This document shows positions 53,379 through 64,000 of a stretch of 64,000 nucleotides of DNA, piece by piece. The stretch comes from Nitrososphaerales archaeon (GTDB taxonomy: Archaea; Thermoproteota; Nitrososphaeria; Nitrososphaerales; UBA213), in NCBI GenBank assembly GCA_965197925.1, contig CBDAOC010000020.1:160001-224000 (forward strand). Direction: 5' to 3'. A model generated the notes under the pieces. The model made no database searches. It worked only from the letters and a program-made list of their open reading frames with translations, and was not told the origin of the DNA. Each line of letters opens with the position of its first letter. Position 1 is the stretch's first letter. The translations under genes and the position numbers were made by a program.

Positions 53379-54296
53379 CTAGACGGCGAATTTTGAAAGT
53401 TCTCTTGCTAGCTCGATCGTTCTTTCCACGCTATAACCCTCACCAGCAGATTGACCGAGCACGACTCGATTGAAACCTATTTCCTTTAACTTTGCAATAT
53501 CAGCTCCGATCTCCTCGATTGTTCCAGTCATTGGCATTCTTTCATCAGAGCTATTTTGAATAAGGCGAGGAAATGTCAGGGTCGTCATATCAAAATCATC
53601 GGGAGCTTTCTCAGCTTTTTCTATCTCCCGTTTAATAGAATCAAGAACTTGTTTTAACTGATCAATTGGGCCTCCCACTACTCCTAGCCATCCGTCAGAG
53701 TATTTTGCAATTCTTTGGAATGTTTTTGACGAAAATCCTCCAAGCAATATTCTTGGATGAGGTTTCTGAAGCGGCTTGGATCCAATATTAGAAGCCGGGA
53801 TATTGTAAAATTTACCCTTAAACTCAACAATATCATCAGTCCATACCCTTTTCAACGCTTCAAGAAATTCATTCTGCCTATTACCCCTATTCTCAAATGG
53901 AACGTTTGAGGTCTGATACTCATATTTTGACCACCCGATTCCTAGTCCTGCAATTACTCGCCCTCCTGATAAAACGTCAAGAGTTGCAAATTCACGCCCT
54001 AAGACAACGGGATTATGAAAAAGAACATCGATAACACCTGTTCCTAGCAAAATTTTTTTTGTAAAAGCAGCAACATAGGAGAGTAGGTTTATGGGATCGT
54101 AGATATTCTGCCATTCTACCGGCATAATTCCGTTAGCGGAGCCGGGATACTTTGATTGTGGATTAATTGGCCACAAGAGTCTCTCAATCACCCATAAAGA
54201 TTCAAGATTTTCTTTTTCAGCAGCCTGAGCTAATTTGATCACATTTTCTCTCGTTGCATTCTTACCTACCTGTGGAAGCATTAAACCCAACTTCAT
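53379..54296 (-). CDS. LLM-class (F420-dependent) oxidoreductase
   Basis: ATLDVLSGGRVIAGLGIGW, KPLQKPHP, DGW. Confidence 0.9.
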   Translation of the reverse strand: MKLGLMLPQVGKNATRENVIKLAQAAEKENLESLWVIERLLWPINPQSKYPGSANGIMPVEWQNIYDPINLLSYVAAFTKKILLGTGVIDVLFHNPVVLGREFATLDVLSGGRVIAGLGIGWSKYEYQTSNVPFENRGNRQNEFLEALKRVWTDDIVEFKGKFYNIPASNIGSKPLQKPHPRILLGGFSSKTFQRIAKYSDGWLGVVGGPIDQLKQVLDSIKREIEKAEKAPDDFDMTTLTFPRLIQNSSDERMPMTGTIEEIGADIAKLKEIGFNRVVLGQSAGEGYSVERTIELARELSKFAV

Positions 54297-54347
54297 CTAC
54301 CTTCTACCTCGATCCAATATTCGATATTTCAATTCAGTCATATATTT

Positions 54348-55436
54348 GAGGCTTGGGCATAATTCAATTATAATATTATTTTGAAATTGGTTCTTTAGCT
54401 TCCCAACATGTGCTTCAATGCTCTCAGAGGCCTTCCTGTCAAGTAGTAGTATACCATCAGCTGGTATAGCAATATAGAAATCAGAACGATGCTCCTAGCT
54501 TTATCAAATCCTCTAACTGGCAATGGATCTATGGTAAATACATCCTTCATATGCTCTATCAATGGCTCAACGCTTATGCTCCTCCGAGAATATACATGCT
54601 GCCCAAATTCAGAGTTATAGAACTGCAGCAATGCCAGTCTATTATTATCTGTAGTATGCCTATACCTTTCCAATGGGAATACAAGCAGGAATCCTCTATA
54701 CCTGCTGAAATCACATAACTTGTGATCATCATATCCTTCATCTCCTACAACATACATCACCATTCCTGTAGGCAATGAAGATGTGATGCTTTCATACATC
54801 ATGTTATCAGTAATGTTAGCTGTTGTGAAATCAGCTGATAATGGAACTATCAACGAACCTGTGCTACATGCTAGATGCAGTTTGTATCCGAATACCCATC
54901 CCTTGGTTCTGCTGTAGCCCCATCGAGCATCTGTATCTATACCAGAGCGTGGCACTTCATTCTTCTTCATGCTAGATTTGTGCCATACATGTCCCTTTGC
55001 TTTCAACAATGAACTGTCAACGGATATTATGGCTGGGTCTACCAACCCATCTTTTATGAAGAGCATACCCATAGCACCTATCCTTGATCTTATGTCAATT
55101 GATACGGCCTTGACCTTCTGTCGAATGTTCTTCTGTCTGGCAACCTATCAAGACCACATGCCTTCATTACCTTCCTGTTGTATGGCATGTCTATCGAATA
55201 GTATTCATGCAAAGCATTGTTGCTTGGTATTCTTACCCATACTCTAACGATGAAGCATCTACCATAACTGTAGGAGAATAGTAGAATGGTCTACCCCTTT
55301 TCCTATTAGGTTTTGACCAAGGAATCACGTCAATCAAAAATAATATACGAAGGAGTATCGAGTCTGAGCTAAACATATCAACAATGAAAAATGGAACCTG
55401 ATCTTATCGTTTCGAACTAAATTACGCCCAAGCCTC
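54348..55436 (-). mobile_element. DDE IS (IS982/IS5-like), frameshifted transposase, 8-bp TSD
   Basis: IR GAGGCTTGGGCATAATT/AATTACGCCCAAGCCTC; ATATATTT on both sides; DSS, GYKLH, GDEGYD, R..VE. Confidence 0.92.
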
Positions 55437-55576
55437 ATATATTTAATGGTTTTTCGAGTAATAAAATCATGATTTGATTAACATACTATCACACCTGTCA
55501 ACAACTTTCAAACAAATCATACCGTGGATTGTTATGAATTTTTATTCTGAAAAAATTTCCAAGGTATCAGATACTT

Positions 55577-56602
55577 TTATTGCGATTGAATATTATTAAA
55601 AAATTTTGATACTTCCTGTAACGTAGGAGATTCAGTCCTCGATATATAATAAGCTGCACATACATTTGCAAATAATAGTCGTTCGCTTGCCTGTAATCCG
55701 CATAGGTATCCAATAATATCTGCAGCATCCCATACGTCACCTGCACCTGTAGAGACTACAGTATCAAAATCTAAAGATTTCACAAACGAAGTTTCGACAC
55801 CATTGGATGTGGAAGAGCCAATGGGAGTGTGTATATCTACATTAACCGACAGTTTGGAAGAGAGTGCCTTCGCAGCAGCACTAATGTCCTTATTGGAATA
55901 GTTTATTGGTAGAGGTAAGAGACTTAAGGATTCCATGGTTAATCTACATTCGTTTTCATTAAGACTCAATACATTCATGTGACCAGAAAGTTCATCCAAG
56001 CAATGTCTGAAATCTTTTTTCCTAGTGCTTATATCTGCAGGGTCCATGAAGCATAATGCGTCTTTGGGAGTGTTTTTGAATACCTTTAATGCTAGTTCTG
56101 TCCCCTTAATGTTACTTGCCCAGTTGGCGATCACAACAGCTGATGCTTTTCTTATCATATCCATTTCATTCTTACGAAGTTCTTTGGCACCAAAATTTTT
56201 CATATCTCCAACATCGCTAATCATCACATTTGCCTTTCTCTTGTCTTTCCTTTCAATCTCGAATGATACAGTATTCCCCTGCTTTCCATCTGTGATTAAG
56301 AATTTTACATTCTTATATTTTGCAAACATATTCTGAAGAATATTTTTTCCTAAATTATCTGCAATTGTTATTACACATACTTTTGCGCCAACTTTTGCTA
56401 AAGCGTATGCAATGTTGATTGCGTTACCTCCTATCATCTCTTTTTGTGCTATGTCGCGTATGCTACCACCGCCTATCTTCGACTTCGCCTTAACTTCAGA
56501 GAATAATAAGTTAAGATCATTTATCATGACAATTCTATCAACGAAGAAATCATGCATTACAACTATCTGTTTAGATTCAATATCCCTTATGTTATTAAAC
56601 AT
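55577..56602 (-). CDS. PfkB-family carbohydrate kinase
   Basis: GGNAINIA, NENE, STGAGDVW. Confidence 0.88.
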   Translation of the reverse strand: MFNNIRDIESKQIVVMHDFFVDRIVMINDLNLLFSEVKAKSKIGGGSIRDIAQKEMIGGNAINIAYALAKVGAKVCVITIADNLGKNILQNMFAKYKNVKFLITDGKQGNTVSFEIERKDKRKANVMISDVGDMKNFGAKELRKNEMDMIRKASAVVIANWASNIKGTELALKVFKNTPKDALCFMDPADISTRKKDFRHCLDELSGHMNVLSLNENECRLTMESLSLLPLPINYSNKDISAAAKALSSKLSVNVDIHTPIGSSTSNGVETSFVKSLDFDTVVSTGAGDVWDAADIIGYLCGLQASERLLFANVCAAYYISRTESPTLQEVSKFFNNIQSQ

Positions 56603-56625
56603 GAAAATAAAATGGGTTTTGGACT

Positions 56626-58323
<1,698 letters not shown>

Positions 58324-58615
58324 ATTATCACCTAAAACTAATTCAAATGAATCTGGTGTAGTTTATAAATTTTATTAAATAAAACTGGAAAAAATGATGA
58401 GTAAGCAGAATAAGCTCCTTTAGTCATTACAAGCTACCAAGGATATATTCTTAATATTTTCCGGAGTTCGCAAATTAATGTAGTTTATTTTATAATCCAT
58501 CCCCAAGTTTGATGTGTTGATGTCTCCAAACTCATCCTTGCAGGCTACTTGTAAATAATGAGAAGATAATCAAAGAAAAACCCATATTAACAATATCACT
58601 AGTGTACTATCGGGA

Positions 58616-60397
58616 TTATTCCTTTACGAATATACTAGCATATTCTCTCTTCTTCACATTCACCATACCATTATCTGTAAAGCGTATCTCAGGCAATGAC
58701 ACGAAGGTAACGAATAGCAAAGTCTTTAGAGGTTTATCGAATGGACAACCTAGCTTCTTAAGTGTAGCATTCATCTCTTTATATTCATTAGATGCTTCCT
58801 CAAAATTCTTCGATGACATAATACCAGCTATATCCATGTCATATTTTGTTAGAATCTTCCCCTCCTTTACTGCCACTACACCGCCTTTCATCTCAATAAT
58901 AGCATTCGCTGCAACGGCCATCTGCTCTTCATCGGTACCAATTACTACCAGTTGATTTTCACAAACATTGATTGTACTCGCAAAAGCATCTATATCGGTC
59001 TTGAAGCCTTTCTCGAATCCCAAGCCAATTCTGCCAGACCTGTGATGCCTGTCAATGACGGCAATTTTCCAAACGTCTTCATCTCTTGACGGCCTAACGT
59101 TATTGTTAACCACAGTAAGTTCAGCGGTGCCAAACTTTGTTATTATGTCACTAGACATATTAGCAACTACAACCTGTACCTTGTTATCCTGATTCCTTTG
59201 TTTAGGAGGACTAATATGAAAATCTGTAGCAGTAAGATTATCTTTCACATTGATAGTGCTCCTTGCCCATGACGGATGTTCAAATTTCTTATTCTTAACC
59301 AATATGGTGCTATCGTCAACAACCAACCGACCATTTACGAATACTTTAGCCACTCCGAAATCTACCAGGTCTTTGAATACCACGATATCAGCCAACCTCC
59401 CGGGAGAAATTCCGCCCAGATCGCTATCCAATCCGTAATAAGTTGCCGTATTAAGAGATGCTAACTGCACCGCTCTAGCTGGGTGCATACCGGATTTTGC
59501 ACAAAGTCGTATACAGTGATCAATGTACCCAATTTTGATCATATCTTCAGGATCAACACCATCAGTTGCCATCATGACCCTAGAGAAGTTGATCTCATTT
59601 CTCATAAGTTCTGATATAATTGCTTCCATATCCCTCCTTGTACTACCCTCTCGAAGCATTACCCACATTCCTAGCTGGAGGCGTTCCATGAATTCAGTGT
59701 AGTTGATAGGTTCATGACAAGAAAATATGCCTGAAGATATGTATGAGGCAAGCTTAATCCCTCTGGCACCTGCTGTGTGCCCATTGATCAGTTTGCCTTT
59801 TGCAAGAGCATACTTCATGATCTTGAAAAGTTCCTTCTCCTTGCCAGTTACTCGAGTCCACGAAAGAACCTCACCGAGACCCAACACATCATCATTCTTA
59901 AGTGCATTAACAACTTCCTGATACTTCATGTATCTTGAATTGCTAAACTTCGGATCCTGAGGCAGGGCCACGGGTACCATCGTCAAGACACGAATTGGTA
60001 GCGATCTAGCCTCTTTTAGGAAGAGATTGAAACCTTTATGGCCCAAGACGCCAACCATGTCAACAGGGTCTGCAAACACTGTTGTTGTTCCATGCAATAA
60101 TGCTTGTTTTGCGAACTCTGTTGGTGAAACTAGAAAATCCAGATGTGTATGTGCATCCATCAAACCAGGGGATATGAACATACCTTCCAAATCTATTATC
60201 TTATTTACTTTGATATGTGATGCATCATGACCCACAAACGCTACTCTATCCTCGTAGATTGCTACTTCCATTTTATCTACTATCTCACCGCTGTAAGTAT
60301 TCAACAAGCTGCAGTTCTTAAGCACTAGATCTGCAGACTTGTTCCCTAGAGAAACATCAACCAATTTACCAACTATTTGTGCAAGTTTCCTTGCCAT
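58616..60397 (-). CDS. ade: adenine deaminase
   Basis: PGLMDAHTH, GLGEV, HE, LREGS, TDG, LPEIR. Confidence 0.9.
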   Translation of the reverse strand: MARKLAQIVGKLVDVSLGNKSADLVLKNCSLLNTYSGEIVDKMEVAIYEDRVAFVGHDASHIKVNKIIDLEGMFISPGLMDAHTHLDFLVSPTEFAKQALLHGTTTVFADPVDMVGVLGHKGFNLFLKEARSLPIRVLTMVPVALPQDPKFSNSRYMKYQEVVNALKNDDVLGLGEVLSWTRVTGKEKELFKIMKYALAKGKLINGHTAGARGIKLASYISSGIFSCHEPINYTEFMERLQLGMWVMLREGSTRRDMEAIISELMRNEINFSRVMMATDGVDPEDMIKIGYIDHCIRLCAKSGMHPARAVQLASLNTATYYGLDSDLGGISPGRLADIVVFKDLVDFGVAKVFVNGRLVVDDSTILVKNKKFEHPSWARSTINVKDNLTATDFHISPPKQRNQDNKVQVVVANMSSDIITKFGTAELTVVNNNVRPSRDEDVWKIAVIDRHHRSGRIGLGFEKGFKTDIDAFASTINVCENQLVVIGTDEEQMAVAANAIIEMKGGVVAVKEGKILTKYDMDIAGIMSSKNFEEASNEYKEMNATLKKLGCPFDKPLKTLLFVTFVSLPEIRFTDNGMVNVKKREYASIFVKE

Positions 60398-60473
60398 AAC
60401 ACTCGATCTTCCCCTTCATATAAATGAGTTACCAGTATGTATCTTTAAATTATAGGAACAATTAAGACTGTAT

Positions 60474-60755
60474 ATGAAGGTGCCGAAGGAGATTAGGATG
60501 CACTGTCCAAGGTGTAAGAAGCATACTGCCCATACTGTAAGTTTGTATAAGAGGGGGAAACAGCGTAATTCTTCACTTGGAGCTAGAAGACATGCAGAAG
60601 ATAAAAAGGGCTATGGTGGACAGAAATTTCCTGAATTGAAAAGAACTGCAAAAACTACAAAGAAACAAACATTGATGATGAAGTGTAAGGTATGCAAATA
60701 CATTATTCAGAAACATGGTATGCGTGTACGTAAACTGGAGATTGTTGCTCGTTGA
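60474..60755 (+). CDS. rpl44e: 50S ribosomal protein L44e
   Basis: CPRCKKHT, GYGGQ, KTTKK. Confidence 0.97.
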   Translation: MKVPKEIRMHCPRCKKHTAHTVSLYKRGKQRNSSLGARRHAEDKKGYGGQKFPELKRTAKTTKKQTLMMKCKVCKYIIQKHGMRVRKLEIVAR

Positions 60756-60949
60756 AGAAGAAACATATTCTCCATCCGGCGCCAAGGAGTAAATTTCTTT
60801 TTGTCAAGTGCAAGCAGTGTGACAAGGAGAGTATTGTTTTTTCTCATACAACAACTGATATTAATTGTAAATCATGCAGTTCAATCTTGGCTGAAAGCAG
60901 TGGTAGTAAGGCTAGACTATTCGGTAATGAATTCAAACCATTAGATTAG
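60752..60949 (+). CDS. rps27e: 30S ribosomal protein S27e
   Basis: PRSKFL.VKC..C.....FSH.....C..C. Confidence 0.95.
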   Translation: MKKKHILHPAPRSKFLFVKCKQCDKESIVFSHTTTDINCKSCSSILAESSGSKARLFGNEFKPLD

Positions 60950-61552
60950 AAATTTTTCGGCTGTCCGAAGATCGTGCTTTGTATTAGTGTTAAATGCTAG
61001 TTGCACTTTATCCATTACAAGAAATTCTTCATCCATTTTTGAGTAACCATATACTTTCGATGAGTCTATTATACAGACTCCAGTATTACATATTTTCTCA
61101 CCGTTGTATTCCAAGGAGTAATCTGTTTTAATCCCAAGATCGTCTACCATTGCCTTACTAACCATAACTGTGAGACAAGGTTTGTTACTCAAGTCATATC
61201 TACTGACTACTTTTTTGATCGTAGATTGATCTATCAATGGCATATCCGCAGATATAATGAATACTTTATGGGGTCTTAATAGTTCTAACCCATAATTCAA
61301 ATCCTTCACATAATCATCTCCGGAACTACTAGCTACTTCTACGCCAGCGCTCGCCAGAAATTGTTCGGTTCTGGGAGTATTGGAGCTTACCATTGCTACT
61401 ATCTTCTCAAAGCAATTGGAATTAATTAATCCAGTAAGAACATAACTTATCATGGGTTTACCCTTAATCATCAACATAGGTTTCTCCTGTCTGGATTCCA
61501 TCCTTGTCCCCTTGCCACCAGCCATTATTATTGCAAGTATGTAAATCACCAC
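60941..61552 (-). CDS. cobY: NTP transferase, adenosylcobinamide-phosphate guanylyltransferase-like
   Basis: MAGGKGTRM..EKP, YVKDL, ADMP, NTN. Confidence 0.82.
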   Translation of the reverse strand: MVIYILAIIMAGGKGTRMESRQEKPMLMIKGKPMISYVLTGLINSNCFEKIVAMVSSNTPRTEQFLASAGVEVASSSGDDYVKDLNYGLELLRPHKVFIISADMPLIDQSTIKKVVSRYDLSNKPCLTVMVSKAMVDDLGIKTDYSLEYNGEKICNTGVCIIDSSKVYGYSKMDEEFLVMDKVQLAFNTNTKHDLRTAEKFLI

Positions 61553-62114
61553 TCTGTATTTGAAGGGTATTTATCATCAATTTGATTGGCCATTTTTCTA
61601 CGTAATAATAGATATAACGATCCTGATATGTTTTATTGTATAGGAATATTGTGTACATTAGTTATAAGATCAATAATAGGTACGGTGCTTGTCGCTTTGG
61701 GTGAAACTGGTAACGCAATAAACTACTTTCCAACATTATCTGCCTTATCCTTATCTCTCTCAACCACGATTCATCCTTGTGGACTCCTTCGAATCTAACA
61801 AGTTTGCGGAAATAATCTTACTATTTTGAATATGGGTTATATTTAGGGATCTAGTAAGTTATTCGTATGCAGCATCCTAGCAATAGACAATGAACAAGTT
61901 TGGAAAAATATGTTTTTACCGACTAGATTAGATAGAATTAGAATATTCATCTTGGACTATTTTCTTGTGCTCGTAGAAAATGAAAATATCAAACAATTTA
62001 AGAGTTATTGACCAAATTGATGTAATTTTTAATTCCCTACTGTTAGGATCAAAAGCGATACTTCATTATAAGAAAGTTGGTATAAATATATGGAATGTCG
62101 TCGCGGGATAATTA

Positions 62115-62879
62115 ATGGTTAAAGAATTAATTGTCATTGTGTTACTTCTTTCATGCTCATTATTTAGCCAAGCATATTCCTCTATGCTTAGCAGTCAAAT
62201 CGATCTAACATCAATAGAAGGGGATGAAGCAGTAGTCATCTTTCTACCAATGATTAGTAACTGGAAAAAAGAGTTTTCATTTGAAGACAAGTACGTAAAA
62301 AGTGAACTCCAGCAAGATGCTACAATGGCATTTCGATATACAAATGAGAAAGACAGTTCGAGGGTGATTTGGGTTGCAATTCAAATATCCAAGGGCAGGC
62401 ACATGTGGGAGGATTCACTCTTAAAAGAACCGGCGAAGCGAGGCGAACCTGGGGCCAATGTAATAGAACATAAAGATTTGATGTTGATTGAAGAACCAAT
62501 AACCAACGCCAAACTCTTTATCTTTCAAAGACATGCCTCTGCACAACCGAAGCAATTTTGTATTGGTTCGTGACAGCAGAATTCAAGATAGGTGAATTTA
62601 CCGAAAAGAGAAATGTCCTGATATCATTATGGCAATATACTACTTCTCTGGAAAATTCAGGTTTGATCAGCGATGAGGCTAATACTGAGGAGATCGAAGA
62701 ACTTTACATCTCCTTTGCTAAACCAATTGCAAATCACTGAGAAAATAGCTGAAAAAGAAAGTACACTAAATTACGATAGCCCATACTTATGGTTTCTTGC
62801 TGCAGTCCCTCTTCCTGCTTATTTCGCATTAAGGGCTATACTTCACAAGAAGCACCTGGATCAAGCCAGTGAATGCTAA
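62115..62879 (+). pseudogene. secreted/membrane-anchored protein split by two frameshifts
   Basis: Three overlapping + ORFs: signal peptide in the first, C-terminal TM with basic tail in the last. Confidence 0.6.
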
Positions 62880-63051
62880 GGTAGAGTTTACCAACCCATG
62901 GATAGACCAGGGGCATACTGGAAGAATGAGGAATTAATTTTGTAACCTTTACAGACAGCGTTCGTGTTGCAACATAACATTGATTGTTTTAATTCTATAT
63001 TACTTTTCAGTGATTCAAACTATGAACGAGATGTGAGGATCACTAAATATT

Positions 63052-63303
63052 TCATCTAGGCGCAGCCTCTAAATAATCTTCAGGGATTCCGAATTTCTTC
63101 TTGCGCCATTTTGCAATCTTTTTTCGCAGCTCATCTAGTTCTCTACCATCCATGGCTTGAATAATCATATGAAATTCCTCATGGTCCCTGGCCCCAACCA
63201 TTTCTTGAAGCTCGTAAGCAGTGGGAGCTGTTTCTCCTGTGGACAACCCTAGGAATCTTCTTATAATAATATCACATACCACAGTTGAATAAGAAAGACT
63301 CAC
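63052..63303 (-). CDS. small hypothetical protein
   Basis: 83-aa ORF with helical, protein-like composition. Confidence 0.55.
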   Translation of the reverse strand: MSLSYSTVVCDIIIRRFLGLSTGETAPTAYELQEMVGARDHEEFHMIIQAMDGRELDELRKKIAKWRKKKFGIPEDYLEAAPR

Positions 63304-63469
63304 TTATTTAACTTAGCAGATAAGAATTTCTAATCTTCAGCAAGTAATAATCTACTTGTTATTAACGATAATTTTCTAAAAAGAGATTATTAGCAAAGAA
63401 AATTTTACTACAAACAAATACTATTACCCGGGTGAATGTCTTATTACTAATAAACAGTTTTTAGAAATC

Positions 63470-64000
63470 ATGAAAAAACTGAAGATTCCACTTAACCTGA
63501 TCCATGCACATTTCATGTTCGTTGATATTGTAGGTTTAACAGACCCAAAAAGAACAATAATGAGGCAGATCAAGAAGATTAGGGCTCTTAATACTGCGAT
63601 ATCATCATGTGAAGCATTCAAAAATACCGATCCAAATTTGATTGTGTTTTTGCCGACTGGGGATGGTATGGCCATAGGATTTCTCCAAGGTCCTGAACTC
63701 CCCCTGAAGTTGGCAATAGACCTTCACAAGAAACTCAAGGTGTACAACAAAGTCTGCAGATGACGTATTGCTGATAAGAATAGGATTGAACGATAGTCCA
63801 GTATTTGTTGTGAATGGTATACAAGGAAATCAAAACGCGTGGGGTCCTGGTATCATACTTGCTAGAAGGATTATGGATATTGGCGACGAAATACATATAT
63901 TAATGAGCCAAAAAATAGCTGAAACCTTACGTGAACTGTCTGATGAGTACAAGATATGGATCCATCCATTACATGATTTTCCCATCAAGCATGGGAGGAC
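63470..64000 (+). pseudogene. class III adenylate/guanylate cyclase domain protein, frameshifted, runs off the window
   Basis: FVDIVG, TGDGMAIGF; after a frameshift near 63760, RIGLNDSPV..NAWGPGIILARRIMD. Confidence 0.85.

Overview
AT-rich archaeal chromosome segment whose gene content and sequence style point to Nitrososphaerota (thaumarchaeal ammonia-oxidiser relatives). Housekeeping genes dominate: rpl2, rpl44e, rps27e, gatDE, pheST, trpS, guaA, grpE-dnaK-dnaJ, hsp20-cdc48, thermosome, folate/CoA/cobalamin enzymes, a nurA-herA pair and PINA. RNA genes are the SRP RNA and four intron-containing tRNAs (Leu-CAG, Gln-TTG, Ala-TGC with two introns, Ile-GAT). The window shows heavy erosion: seven defective IS copies or remnants of four types and several frameshifted genes. 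Main observations: (1) two diverged relics of a stand-alone cas1 (casposase-like) gene with no CRISPR array. They share a conserved upstream end motif whose homology begins at a palindrome formed by the guaA 3' end, suggesting a Cas1-mobilised element. (2) Unannotated small RNAs: a box C/D guide, a two-hairpin H/ACA-like guide and a ~180-nt structured RNA. (3) A tRNA-Gln with a 10/11 intron and a 5' leader that could act as a decoy acceptor strand. (4) An HSR1-like heat-shock operator. All calls come from reading the sequence; no database searches or folding programs were run.
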